Positions 47,299 through 58,216 of a stretch of 64,000 nucleotides of DNA are shown in pieces (position 1 is the first letter of the stretch; the number at the start of each line of letters is the position of its first letter). Source of the stretch: Williopsis jadinii (lineage: Eukaryota). The DNA lies in contig AP024666.1 of assembly GCA_024346625.1 (NCBI GenBank), forward strand, positions 1,240,001 through 1,304,000, written 5' to 3'. The notes beneath the pieces are model-generated. The model searched no databases. It was not told where the DNA came from and worked only from the letters and a program-made list of their open reading frames with translations. The translations under genes and the position numbers were made by a program.

Positions 47299-48495
47299 TC
47301 ACAATTTGGAAATGTATTGTCTAATCAGTTGGTTGCCAACTTTCTTAACGGCCCCACTGTTCACCAAGGATTGTTCCAAATCTTGAACCAAGTCATCGAT
47401 ATCTTCGATACCGACACAGAGTCTAATCAAATCCTCAGGAAGGGCTCTCTCAGCTCTGGTCTTTGCATCGATGGATGCATGGGACATCTTACATGGCATG
47501 GAGATTAAGGAGTTGACACATCCAAAGGAAACAGTGACACCGAAAATAGCGGTACCTTCACAGATAGCCTCTGATTGCTTGATGGAACCGGTTTCAAAGG
47601 ACAAGACCGCACCGAACCCTTTGTTGAAGGATTTGTGCAGTTCGTACTGTGGATGGGACTTCAAGCCTGGGAATCTCACCTTGAAGCCAATCTTCTCCAA
47701 CCACTCCGCCAACTTCAGAGCGTTCTGTTGTTGTCTTTCAAATCTGATAGACAATGTCTTCAATCCTCTGAGTAATAACCAACAATCGAATGGAGCTAAC
47801 CCACAACCGGTGGCGTTGATTACAAAATACAAGTCCTGGATGATCTTTGGATCTCTGGCGGCAACGACACCAGCCATGATATCGTGGTGACCATTCAGAT
47901 ATTTGGTTGCGGATTCGTACTGGATATCGCAATAATCTAGTGGGGAAATCAACAAAGGTGTCATCATGGTGTTGTCAAAGACAATGAGACAGTTTGGGTA
48001 GTTGTCTCTGATAAACTTTGAGATTGCTGGCAAATCGACAACTTTGATCAAAGGGTTGGTTGGGGACTCGAGGAATATCATTTTGGTATTCTTGGTCAAT
48101 GTCTTCTTGACCACTTCAGTGTTGGTAGTGTCGATGTGTTTCAACTTGATGGCGCCCTTCTTGTGCATAAAAGTGAGTAATCTATGGGTACCACCGTACA
48201 AGTCATCACCAGCAATAACTTCGTCACCAGGACCGAGGAGTCTCGTGATCACATCCAAGCAGCCCATACCACTTGTAACAGCATATGCCTTCTCAGCCTT
48301 CATGATCTTTGCCAGTTTTTGCTCAAGAAGAGTTCTGGTCGGGTTACCAGATCTTGTGTAGTCGTACTCTCCCATATCGGTCAAAGAGTTCTGCTTAAAC
48401 GTGGTTGTTTGGTACAACGGAGCAACTGAGGCGTTGTGTTGATCGCCATTGTATGAAGACACCACTAAGGTGTTGATTGAAGTGTTTTTAACCAT
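47299..48495 (-). CDS. STR3: Cystathionine beta-lyase, peroxisomal (PTS1 SKL)
   Basis: YDYTRSGNPTR, LESPTNP, ESATKYLNGHHD and LIRLCVGIED; ends in SKL. ATG at 48495. Confidence 0.93.
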   Translation of the reverse strand: MVKNTSINTLVVSSYNGDQHNASVAPLYQTTTFKQNSLTDMGEYDYTRSGNPTRTLLEQKLAKIMKAEKAYAVTSGMGCLDVITRLLGPGDEVIAGDDLYGGTHRLLTFMHKKGAIKLKHIDTTNTEVVKKTLTKNTKMIFLESPTNPLIKVVDLPAISKFIRDNYPNCLIVFDNTMMTPLLISPLDYCDIQYESATKYLNGHHDIMAGVVAARDPKIIQDLYFVINATGCGLAPFDCWLLLRGLKTLSIRFERQQQNALKLAEWLEKIGFKVRFPGLKSHPQYELHKSFNKGFGAVLSFETGSIKQSEAICEGTAIFGVTVSFGCVNSLISMPCKMSHASIDAKTRAERALPEDLIRLCVGIEDIDDLVQDLEQSLVNSGAVKKVGNQLIRQYISKL

Positions 48496-48594
48496 GATTG
48501 TTGCAATTCTGATAGCTAACTTCAAGAGTATATAGGGAAGATGAGAGAAATACACAAGAAAGCGGGAAAATTTTGAGTCTAATCAGTAACAAAA

Positions 48595-48674
48595 GCCACA
48601 GTTTTTTTTCCCATATGGCGTTTTCTCTTTTTTGACTCCTTCTTCTCCCCCCGTTGTTTTCCCCCTTTGAGTCA
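48595..48674. promoter_or_regulatory. Met31/32 site (AAACTGTGGC) and Gcn4 site (TGAGTCA) in STR3 promoter
   Basis: GCCACAGTTT at 48595-48604 and TGAGTCA at 48668-48674. Confidence 0.65.
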
Positions 48675-48976
48675 TAGCGCCGCCGGCATTTTGCGTCTTT
48701 TTTTTTTCTGTTTTGCATTCTTGGTTGTCGTAGTTACATTATTCACCTCAAATTGTTTACGTTTTGACGTAAACAAAGCATTTTTTGTCATTGATGCCAC
48801 AAGAAGTTAAAAGAACAGGGCTCACCATTGTGTAAGAGCAGCAATTATGTTTTTGTGTCACAAGGCTCACTTTGGATATAAAGTCAGCGGGTTTACTGTT
48901 CACAAATGAATGTGCTCTTTCTGCCATTCAGCTCACAACGGGATCACCAACACTTGATATCTTAATGGTTCAACAA

Positions 48977-49318
48977 ATGTACATCAAGCTCTTCATCACA
49001 TTGACTCTTTCAGCTGTTGCTTTGTCACAAGCTGCGGCAGACCTTGAATCCACAGAGCCGGACGCTGTTAACAAGGCGGTAGAAACTACAGAAGAAGTTT
49101 CAGTAGATATAGACGAAAGTGTTTTTGACCTGGATGACGAAAGCACAGAGATCCCACAGTTTGACTATCCTCACGCCAACGAAACAGAAGTCGTATCCAA
49201 TGAAACGAACGAAACTGTGCCGGATGTCGACGAATCCGAGAGTGGTGCTATGATGTTGACGAGCGGGTTGCTTTCAGTGTCGGCTGGCGTCGCTGCTGTT
49301 GCTGCTTGGTTGTTCTGA
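48977..49318 (+). CDS. Small acidic GPI-anchored cell-surface protein
   Basis: Signal peptide MYIKLFITLTLSAVALS, E/D/T-rich body with N-glycosylation sequons (NET), omega-like ESG|A and hydrophobic C-terminus. Alternative in-frame ATG at 48965. Confidence 0.8.
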   Translation: MYIKLFITLTLSAVALSQAAADLESTEPDAVNKAVETTEEVSVDIDESVFDLDDESTEIPQFDYPHANETEVVSNETNETVPDVDESESGAMMLTSGLLSVSAGVAAVAAWLF

Positions 49319-49873
49319 AACGTTGGTTTGTTGCCTTTCTTCTCCTTGCTCTTGTCACTCTTCTCTTTCGTCCTCTTCCAACTCTTTTCCTCTATCAGCA
49401 TCATCTGTTAAAGATATTAGGCAACAAACTGGTGATCACTCTATGTTTCGCTCCTTCTTCGGTGGAGTACTTCGTACTCAGACCACGCTGGGACCGGGCC
49501 GTCCCTTTCAATTCTTTCAAGTGTTTCTTGCCCATGTTTGTGTTACGAGTTCCAACGTTTGTTTTGTGTTGTGCAGTTTTCTTTTCATTTTATATCACAA
49601 GGCAGAGTATCTAACAGTCAGAGTGATTCTTCCTCTCCTCTCTCCCTTCTTTACGCATGATTTGGTATTTTCACACATTCTCTTCTTCTCTTTTTCTACC
49701 GTCAACATATGCTTCACATCAATGAGTGGTCAGCTTCTTACCCTTCTCAGATGAATAGGTAGTTCTAACATCACATCGGCTGGTTTATAGGTTCGCCGTT
49801 GACTACAAACACTCAACACTTCTCTTAATCAATGCTATTACCTATAGAAAATCTTTGTTGTAGTTGAGTGGTA

Positions 49874-51532
49874 CTATGGCTTGAGTGACGCGAGGTTGAA
49901 TGCCTCACCTGGAGTGGACACATCGTCGTACAACATGGTTGTCAAGAATTCACTGAACTTTTCAGCCCTCACTTCAGGTTTGAAGTATTTTGCAGCTAAC
50001 TCAAACTTGTTTCCTGCTGGTGCTGTCTTCAGAAGTTTTGCGGTTTCTTCCTCAAGTAATTTAGTAGTTAACTCTGGAGTTACTTTGACACCTGTGTCAT
50101 CCAAAGTCACACCATGTCTAACCCATTGGTATAATTGTGATCTCGAAACTTCGGCAGTGGCAGCATCTTCCATCAAGTTGTTAATAGGAACACAACCGGA
50201 TCCGCGTAACCATGCTTCGATGTAGTTAAGACCAATGTACAAGTTCTCTCTGATACCATTCTCAGTGATCTTACCACCTTCGATATGAGTGTTTGTTAAT
50301 TCTGAAGCTGGGACATCATAATCTGGGATGAAGTGAATTTGGTTCTTCGTCCCCATCTCGCTGAACACATCGTTACAGATTGCAGCAAGAGCTGGATGAG
50401 CAACCCAAGAACCATCATGACCCTTTGTAAGCTCTCTGATCTTGTCGTTACGGACTTTAGTCATAGCAGCCTCGTTAGCAACTGGGTCATTCTTGATAGG
50501 GATTTGAGCAGCCATACCACCCATAGCGTGAACACCACGGCGGTGACAGATCTGGATGAGGCGCTTGACGTATGCATCCATGAATGGCGAAGTCATGGTC
50601 ACTTGACCACGGTCTGGCAGGATGTGTTTTGGGTTATTTCTCAGACGCTTGATGGTGGAGAAGATGTAATCCCAACGGCCACAGTTCAAACCAGAAGAGT
50701 GATCACGGAGCTCCCAGATAATTTCTTCCATTTGGAAAGCAGCTGGTAAAGTCTCGATAAGAACAGTGGCACGGATAGTTCCTCTAGGAATGTCGAGGAA
50801 GTCTTGTGCAACGTTGAACACGTCGTTCCAAAGGCGGGCTTCCAGGTGGTGTTCCATCTTAGGAAGGTAGAAGTATGGACCATGGCCATTGGCAATGAGC
50901 TGCTTAGCGTTGTGGAAGAAGTAGAGACCAAAGTCGAACAACGATGCGGAGATGGACTCACCGTCAACAACAACGTGGTTGTCCACCATGTGCCAACCTC
51001 TTGGTCTGAGGATCAAAGTTGGCGTCTCACCTACTGGTTTGCTAACCTTGTACTCCTTGCCAGCGGCATTGGTGAAATCAACCTGGCCTCTGATGGCATC
51101 GTACAAGTTGAGCTGGCCATAAACGACGTTGTCCCATGTTGGAGAAGCAGAATCTTCGATATCAGACATATATGTCTTGACATCAGAGTTCAACGCATTG
51201 ATCAACATGTTTCTGGTTGGTGGGCCGGTAATCTCGGTATTTCTCTCGATCAACCCAGGAGCGAGGATCGGACCCTTCCATGTTGGGTCGTTTCTGATGG
51301 CCTCAGTCTCCTCGAGGAAATGAAGCGATTCACCGTTGTCGAGCTTCTCTTGAACTTTCTGTCTGTTGGCAAGCAACTCCTTACGACGAGCGTTGAAAGT
51401 TCTGTGCAAAAGCGTCACGAACTCAAGTGATTGTTTCGTGATGATGTCTGCAACTGTGGTGCCTGATGCGTACTGTGCCTCGTTGGACACCGGTGCGAGC
51501 AGTTGGACTCCTTCAAGCGTGACTTTGACCAT
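49874..51532 (-). CDS. MLS1: Malate synthase
   Basis: [29 protein letters not shown] and [15 protein letters not shown] at 51532. Confidence 0.97.
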   Translation of the reverse strand: MVKVTLEGVQLLAPVSNEAQYASGTTVADIITKQSLEFVTLLHRTFNARRKELLANRQKVQEKLDNGESLHFLEETEAIRNDPTWKGPILAPGLIERNTEITGPPTRNMLINALNSDVKTYMSDIEDSASPTWDNVVYGQLNLYDAIRGQVDFTNAAGKEYKVSKPVGETPTLILRPRGWHMVDNHVVVDGESISASLFDFGLYFFHNAKQLIANGHGPYFYLPKMEHHLEARLWNDVFNVAQDFLDIPRGTIRATVLIETLPAAFQMEEIIWELRDHSSGLNCGRWDYIFSTIKRLRNNPKHILPDRGQVTMTSPFMDAYVKRLIQICHRRGVHAMGGMAAQIPIKNDPVANEAAMTKVRNDKIRELTKGHDGSWVAHPALAAICNDVFSEMGTKNQIHFIPDYDVPASELTNTHIEGGKITENGIRENLYIGLNYIEAWLRGSGCVPINNLMEDAATAEVSRSQLYQWVRHGVTLDDTGVKVTPELTTKLLEEETAKLLKTAPAGNKFELAAKYFKPEVRAEKFSEFLTTMLYDDVSTPGEAFNLASLKP

Positions 51533-52697
51533 TGTGTATAGATTTCTTCGTGCAATGGAGATATCAATGGACTGGTCAGTGACCCATGCTCCACCTGGAA
51601 GAGGGAATCCACCCATCTTTTATAGACGGCTCCCCAGGAGGTCGAAGTCATGAACAGTTGAGTCTTTTTGACTCGTGAGTCGTTATCAACGCATGGACAA
51701 GATACCACGCTGTAAGCAACTTGTTACCAAAGCACATGCACAATGTCCCGTGAACACTTTGCATGAACCGCATGGCAGTACTACAGGGAGCTCGGCGAAG
51801 AGGAAGCAAACGTCCAGCTGCTCAGAAGGAGAAACAACGGCATCGTCATTGCAGGATGAGGGACCTCTGGCGGGGCAGGCCGCGCGCTGACGAGCGTGAG
51901 ATCTGGATCGATTGTCGCAGCAGCTCTGCCCAGCGGCTCTGCCCAGCACGTCTGCCCAGGCAGGCAAAAACCCACACACAGACACACAGAGAAACCGTTT
52001 TATAGGCAGAGCCACACAGGTTTTCCACCAAACAGGCGGAGCAACCTGGCGTACGTCTCATGATGGAATCCGAAGCCAATCGGACAAGGCCGAGCTGATC
52101 AAGCGATGCCGCTACAAACAGGACGGGAAGGAGAAGCCAATGGCCTACGCCATGGCTTCTTCCCAGCACTCGTAGTTGATGGAAGTTACGTATCGTCATG
52201 ACACACTTGTCTATCTACGATGGGGCTGACGGCGAGGACCAAGCTGCCATCGAAGCGGGAACCGAGTCAATTTCCTCCCAGCTTGCTTCTTCAGAGATGG
52301 GACCGTCCGGATTGATGGAGACTTGAAATCTGGGGTAGGGCTTGAAGCGTGGGATAAGTGTCAATTGGAGAGGTCTGATTGGGCCAGTGGCGAGCAGATG
52401 GGATTGGCTGGCCGCTAAGGGCACAGAAACCAGCGCAGAGAGCTTCCAGGCAGCGCACCATCAATTCACCGGCACCCAGGCCCGTGCGCTTATGCCAATG
52501 ACTCGCTTTCCTGGCGTGGACGGCGTGGCCTCCAACGGGGCACAGCGCGGTGGTTCTTCGCCACAGGGAGGTTTGTTGCCCGGAACGCCCTGGCAGAGTG
52601 TGCTCGGAATCTTTTAGAAGGAGCTGCGTGGGCTGCTTCCTGGGCATCAGCGTAGCGACTTTGTCAAGCGGGCCTACGCATCGCAGGCATTGGTCGA

Positions 52698-53971
52698 ATG
52701 GATGAGGAAGAGCTGAAGGCTGAACAGCGAGTGCTGTTGGATGTGCTGTGAGTATGATGCTCCATTCGAGGGCCTAATGGTGTACTCATATACTGACAAT
52801 TGTGGCTGGGAGAAGGACAGCGTACTACCACTATGAGGACTTTGCGCGCAGAGACATCGTGCTGAGCAAGAGAGCCAAGTACGAGTCGCTCACTTTCGAA
52901 GAGCAGCAGTTGCTGCCCTGGTTTCACGACTACCTTGCGAACCTGGAGATGTGTGTTCGAATGAATGGTGAGTTCATGCGCCAGGTTGCCGTCACCGTGG
53001 CTCCTTCGTGGGGCATTGTGTCTAGTCCCGATACGTGGGGCAGCGCTCAGTATCAAGACTATGATAAGGTGCGCTATGTCATGAAGCAGATCGTGAGGGA
53101 GTGGTCCAGCGAAGGCTGTGAGGAGAGGTGTACTGGGCTAGAGAGAATAATGGGTGTTCTGGGTCGAGAGTTCCCTGATTTCGAGCAGAGGTCAAAGGCA
53201 CGGGTTCTCGTGCCAGGAGCCGGGCTTGGTAGGCTCAACCATGAACTTGTGAAGATGGGCTTTTGGTGCCAGGGGAATGAGTTCAGCTACCATATGCTTC
53301 TGGCGTCCAACTACATCTTGAACTGCACGCGTATGGCGAATGAACACTCGATCTTCCCCTTCATTCATTCGACTTCTAACCAATACTCAAGGAGTTTACA
53401 GACGAGGCCCATCTTCTTCCCAGACGCACACCCTCTCACAGAGCTGCAAATGATACAGAAAGACCATCCAACTACCGACTTTGCAGAGCTCATGTCCATT
53501 GCCTCAGGCTCGTTCACTGATCTGTACGGCCCAGAAGATCTCTCGGAGTCGCAGACGTACTCCAAGGAGAAGTTTGCCATGGAGTTCCGCCAGGAGAATG
53601 CGAACTCCTTTGATTGTGTCGTTACACATTTCTTCATTGATACGTCCTCTAATGTCATTGAATACTTGAAGACGTTGAACCATTGTCTCAAGCCAGGTGC
53701 GCTCTGGATCAATTATGGCCCATTGCTGTGGCATTATGAGGACGATGGCGCAGTGTATGAGATCAAGCATCCAGATCAGACTGTTCACAATGCCCCTGTG
53801 AGGGGGTTGGAGCTGTCTGCAGAGGACTTGCTATCGCTCTCGTCCAACTGGTTTGAATTGATACACCGGGAAAGTGGCATTGAAAGTGGGTACTCCTCCG
53901 ACGTAAGAGCGATGGGAGGGTATAAGTATAGATGTGAATTCTGGGTACTAAAGAAGAAATTACAATCCTGA
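52698..53971 (+). CDS. Carnosine N-methyltransferase / N2227-like SAM methyltransferase (YNL092W-like); 1 intron
   Basis: VLVPGAGLGRL, GNEFSYHML, FFIDT and WINYGPLLWH. Exon 1 52698-52747; intron from GTGAGT at 52748, TACTGAC at 52791, in-frame acceptor AAG at 52815 (or GAG at 52812). Confidence 0.88.
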
Positions 53972-54360
53972 TGACAGATATACAAGTTGAATGTGTCTAC
54001 TCGGACGGAACAGGGAACATGTTGCCTCTCCATTCAGAGCATTTCAATGCAGTGCTATATAAAAAGGCCATACAACATTTTAAAAAGGCGTGATGTGCCC
54101 ACCACATCGTTGTAGGACCTCAATTAGACACGTATAAGGTGCTTTAGCCCGTTCCCATCATCACCATAACACGGTTGATTCATCTCTGGAAACAGCATCA
54201 TCAATATGGCAATCTTCCCAAAAGAGGCCAATTTCACCTCGACGCGTCTTGAAGCCAAATGAAACAAGGGGTGTGTGGGACTAAAATTTTGGTGGCATCG
54301 GTTTGACTCGACCGCTTCTCCTTACCATCGCTGTCAATTAACCAGAAGTGAGACAGAACG

Positions 54361-56334
54361 ATGTCTGAGAACATTCTTCCGATCAGCGGTGATGATCTCT
54401 CAAGCTACGTGGAACCAGCCCCAAGGCAAGTTCTCAGAATCTGCTTGAACCTGAAGTATCTCATCGACCGCGTCATTCCAATCCAGTTCGATGAGGCTGT
54501 GGTCCTATCAGCGGACTCGAAGATCCTCACCTCGAAAGTGGTTCAATTGGCGCTAGAAGCCGCTGGAGGTGAAGGTGATGGCAAGCGTGGCACTTCGTCC
54601 TATAAATATCGGTCAGTGTTGATCTTTGCTCTTTTGAAAGTCACTGGTTGGTACTATGAACTCAGCGCAACTGAGCTTCACGATTCCGAGCTCTATGCTC
54701 TCAGAGCATCGACTGCTCAGCAGTTGGCGAAGCTGATCATCGAAGAGCAACAGGATGACACACAGCTGTTCATCCACATGCTCTGCCACCGTTACGTGGT
54801 CAGCTTGAACTCTGAGCTTTCGGAGCCTGCAAATGCCCTTGAACTTGCTGTTGACATGCACTCCACCATCATCATTGGCTCTTCCGGCTACCAGCGTTGT
54901 GTCAAGTGGCTGTGGCGTGGTTGGATTATTCAGAGTGCAGACGATCCTTCTTCGTATGTGATGTACAAGCAAACTGGCAAGTCTACGCTGTCTGCTCATT
55001 TTGATCCTGATCGTATCAAAACACCAATGTATCAGAATGCCTTGGAGATTGGATTCACAGTCTTCTATCTCGTTCTGTACACACTGATTGTGAACAAGGA
55101 CGATAAGGGCCCTGTTAGTTTGAACATTGCAGAGTATCTCTTCTACATCTCAACATTCTCTTACCTCTACGATGAAGCCCAGAAGCTCTATCACATCGGA
55201 TGGAACTATATCTCATTCTGGTCGATATTGAACGATGCCCTGTATGCGCTTGTTTCAGCATCTGCTGGGCTGAGAATATGGTCTCTGACATTGGATTGGG
55301 ACTCTCCAACGGCAATCAGACTCGACGAAGCATCCTTCAGGCTTCTTTCGCTCGCTGCGCCATTGATGTACGGCCGTCTGCTGTTGTACCTCGATGCTGA
55401 AAAGTTCGTTGGTGCCATGATCGTCGTTGTGAAAGTGATGATGAAAGAGTCCATCATCTTCTTCTTCTTGCTGATACTTGTGATTTTGGGGTTCCTTCAA
55501 GGGTTCCTTGGTTTGGACTCCTCTGATGGTAGAAGAGACGCAACGATATTGATCATTGAGCAACTTGGGCAAACCATCCTTGGAGGTGGTGACTTCAGTG
55601 CCTTTGAGAGGTTTGTCCCACCTTATGCTGGCATACTCTACTACTTCTACTCGTTCTTGGTCACCGTTATCCTCCTCAACATCCTAGTTGCGCTGTATGC
55701 ATCGGCGTATCAGAAGATCTACGACAACGCCAATGATGAGTACATGGCATTGGTTGCGTCGAAGACTCTCAGATATATCCGTGCACCGGACTCTTGCGTG
55801 TTTGTTCCTCCCCTGAACATCATCGAAATCGTTCTTTCCCCAACCAGTCTGCTCTTGAGCCATGGTCAGTATCACGAGCTTCTCTACAGGATCATGCTCG
55901 TTATATACTCGCCAGTGCTGTGCTTCATTGCCATTAAAGAGACCAGAGAAGCCAGAAGAGTCCAGTACAACCGTTCCAAAAGACTGAGTGACGATGCAAA
56001 CGAGGTTGATCATGAATGGGATCTCACTGATGGGTACGAGGACAGCTACGAGGGAATCTTTGCAACGAGTGGCACCGCTGACACCATCGAACGCAACCAC
56101 AGGGAAGTTAACGAACAACTAGCAGCAGAACGAGCCGACCCACAATTCAGAGTCAAGAGTGAATGGTTTGGCAAGGTGAAGTCATTGGCGCCACCTATTG
56201 AACAGGGTGTTGATTCACGCGTCGGTTGGGAGCTGTACCCGTTGTATGAGAAAGTTGAAACCCTTACGAAACTTGTTGAAACACTGGTGGAGGATAACAG
56301 GGAGCTCAAGCAGAGACTCAACTCACAAAAGTAG
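54361..56334 (+). CDS. YVC1: Vacuolar TRP cation channel Yvc1/TRPY1
   Basis: LELAVDMHSTIIIGSSGYQRC..LWRGWIIQ, VILLNILVALY and FVPPLNIIE. Confidence 0.96.
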   Translation: MSENILPISGDDLSSYVEPAPRQVLRICLNLKYLIDRVIPIQFDEAVVLSADSKILTSKVVQLALEAAGGEGDGKRGTSSYKYRSVLIFALLKVTGWYYELSATELHDSELYALRASTAQQLAKLIIEEQQDDTQLFIHMLCHRYVVSLNSELSEPANALELAVDMHSTIIIGSSGYQRCVKWLWRGWIIQSADDPSSYVMYKQTGKSTLSAHFDPDRIKTPMYQNALEIGFTVFYLVLYTLIVNKDDKGPVSLNIAEYLFYISTFSYLYDEAQKLYHIGWNYISFWSILNDALYALVSASAGLRIWSLTLDWDSPTAIRLDEASFRLLSLAAPLMYGRLLLYLDAEKFVGAMIVVVKVMMKESIIFFFLLILVILGFLQGFLGLDSSDGRRDATILIIEQLGQTILGGGDFSAFERFVPPYAGILYYFYSFLVTVILLNILVALYASAYQKIYDNANDEYMALVASKTLRYIRAPDSCVFVPPLNIIEIVLSPTSLLLSHGQYHELLYRIMLVIYSPVLCFIAIKETREARRVQYNRSKRLSDDANEVDHEWDLTDGYEDSYEGIFATSGTADTIERNHREVNEQLAAERADPQFRVKSEWFGKVKSLAPPIEQGVDSRVGWELYPLYEKVETLTKLVETLVEDNRELKQRLNSQK

Positions 56335-56523
56335 ACTGTATAGGTATCAATATATGGTGTTTTCGCTATATAATTACACGGGAAGTTGAATATCGCTATT
56401 TAGCCATAGAATGACAGGCTACGCGTATAGCATCAGCCTTTCAAAAAATAACCATCAAGATGAGAAGGCGAACCAGCAGCTGCTCCCGTGGTGCTAGGGA
56501 AGATCAAAGGACACCACAGCCTC

Positions 56524-58086
56524 ATGCCAAACATCCTTCAGCTGCTGAAAAGAAGGAAGACTGGAACGAGAGAGGAATACGTGTCTGTTGGAGATGATGG
56601 CTCCGTCACGGTGGACTTGACGGTATCGGAGGATGAAGATCAACAACGTGTAATAGTTGAAGAGGAGAGGCGCAACGCTGAGGAGCTCCACCACAGGGCG
56701 GTAGTAGCAGAGGTCAAAGGAGAGCAAATACCGTGTCCTATCTGTGAAGTTGATCTATCATGTCTTCAGGTAGCAGAACGAGAGTCCCACGTTGAGCTTT
56801 GTTTGCTGTCGCCTTCAAGATCAACAACACACGTCGTGGCAGCGACCCGGAAGCAGCACGGGCGGCAGAAGCACGAGAAGCAGCAGAAGCAGGAGAAGAG
56901 GCCGAGACGGCCCAAGAAGCCATTACCAGACTTCAAAGTGCTTGACTTACTGACCCAGAAGGTCATAGTGGACGGGTTCTGCTACGCGCCAGGCCCAACA
57001 GACAAGTACTTCCTATCGCATTACCACTCAGATCACTACATTGGGATAGTGAAGTCTTGGAGCCAAGGTGTCATATACACCTCTGAGATAACAGGCAGAC
57101 TGGTGATGAAGCACCTGCGAGTGCCAGAGGATCGGATTGTGATGATCCCAATGCACAAGAAGTATGAAGTGTGTAAAGGCGTCTGGGTGACGCTTGAAGA
57201 TGCCAACCACTGTCCTGGTGCTGTTGTCTTCCTATTCGAGGCCAGCCATGGTGACACTGTGAAGAAGATCTTACACACAGGAGACTTTAGGGTCAGCAAG
57301 GCGCTGATAGACACGTTTAAGGACGTGTACTTGGACGAGATTTACCTCGATACCACATACTTGGACCCTCGTTATTCATTTTATGACCAAAGGTTGGTGA
57401 TTAATACAACTGTGGACTTCGTTCAACAATGTGTGACAACAAAGCAGAATGGTATAATAGACTTCCTGAAAGGTGGAACGGAGTTTGTCATCTTAGTGGG
57501 GAGCTACAGCATTGGAAAGGAGAAGGTCTATACAGAGTTGGCGAAGAGGTTGAAGACCAAAGTATTCGTCGCTCCTAAAAGGTACGAAACACTGACTCTG
57601 TGTGGGTACGACATGTCCATGTTCTCCAAAGATGATGAATCTAGCTGTATGATTCATGTTGTCAACTTCCAAAAGCTGGTTGATAGACCGTGGCTGAAGA
57701 GGTTCTCGAACAAGAATATCATTGTGATTCGTCCAACAGGCTGGACGTTCACTCGGTTAGGTCGAGCGAAAGACACTCATGAAGATCACGAGGTTAGCGA
57801 CACTTTCAAGTCATCACTGGCCATGTCATTCAGCGAAGACTCGACTAGTGCAAGTGACGTATTTCTCCAGCAACTGAAGAGTCAATGGCAAAGAGGCCAT
57901 ACTCTACAGATTCCATACTCGGAACATTCGAGCTTCAAAGAGCTATCGTTGTTTTGCTCAATTCTGAAATGGGGGAACATTATACCCACGGTTAATGTGA
58001 ACAATCACGATTACCCACAGTGGTTCAAGGTATGGAAGGAGACCACAGTTGATTACGCTGTGGTTGAAAGCCATTTCAACGTTTGA
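56524..58086 (+). CDS. PSO2: Pso2/Snm1 beta-CASP interstrand-crosslink repair nuclease
   Basis: UBZ CPIC..HVELC, FLSHYHSDHY, DANHCPGA, LHTGDFR and IPYSEHSSF. MCB ACGCGT upstream at 56421. Confidence 0.93.
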   Translation: MPNILQLLKRRKTGTREEYVSVGDDGSVTVDLTVSEDEDQQRVIVEEERRNAEELHHRAVVAEVKGEQIPCPICEVDLSCLQVAERESHVELCLLSPSRSTTHVVAATRKQHGRQKHEKQQKQEKRPRRPKKPLPDFKVLDLLTQKVIVDGFCYAPGPTDKYFLSHYHSDHYIGIVKSWSQGVIYTSEITGRLVMKHLRVPEDRIVMIPMHKKYEVCKGVWVTLEDANHCPGAVVFLFEASHGDTVKKILHTGDFRVSKALIDTFKDVYLDEIYLDTTYLDPRYSFYDQRLVINTTVDFVQQCVTTKQNGIIDFLKGGTEFVILVGSYSIGKEKVYTELAKRLKTKVFVAPKRYETLTLCGYDMSMFSKDDESSCMIHVVNFQKLVDRPWLKRFSNKNIIVIRPTGWTFTRLGRAKDTHEDHEVSDTFKSSLAMSFSEDSTSASDVFLQQLKSQWQRGHTLQIPYSEHSSFKELSLFCSILKWGNIIPTVNVNNHDYPQWFKVWKETTVDYAVVESHFNV

Positions 58087-58216
58087 AATTCACATACAAT
58101 CCTTACAGGATAATGGCAACCATACAAAAGAAAGCTATATTCATCAAGAGATTATAAAAACAAGAGAAAACAATTAACATCAAGATCAGGGTAAACCGAC
58201 ACCAGGGGACCATGAT

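Noticed and set aside
38811..48495. Sulfur-metabolism gene cluster (CYS4 + STR3)
   Set aside because: Separated by three unrelated genes, so proximity alone is weak evidence.
50333..51430. Long antisense ORFs over MLS1 (likewise over SDA1, STR3, YCK3)
   Set aside because: Typical antisense shadows of codon-biased genes, with no independent evidence.
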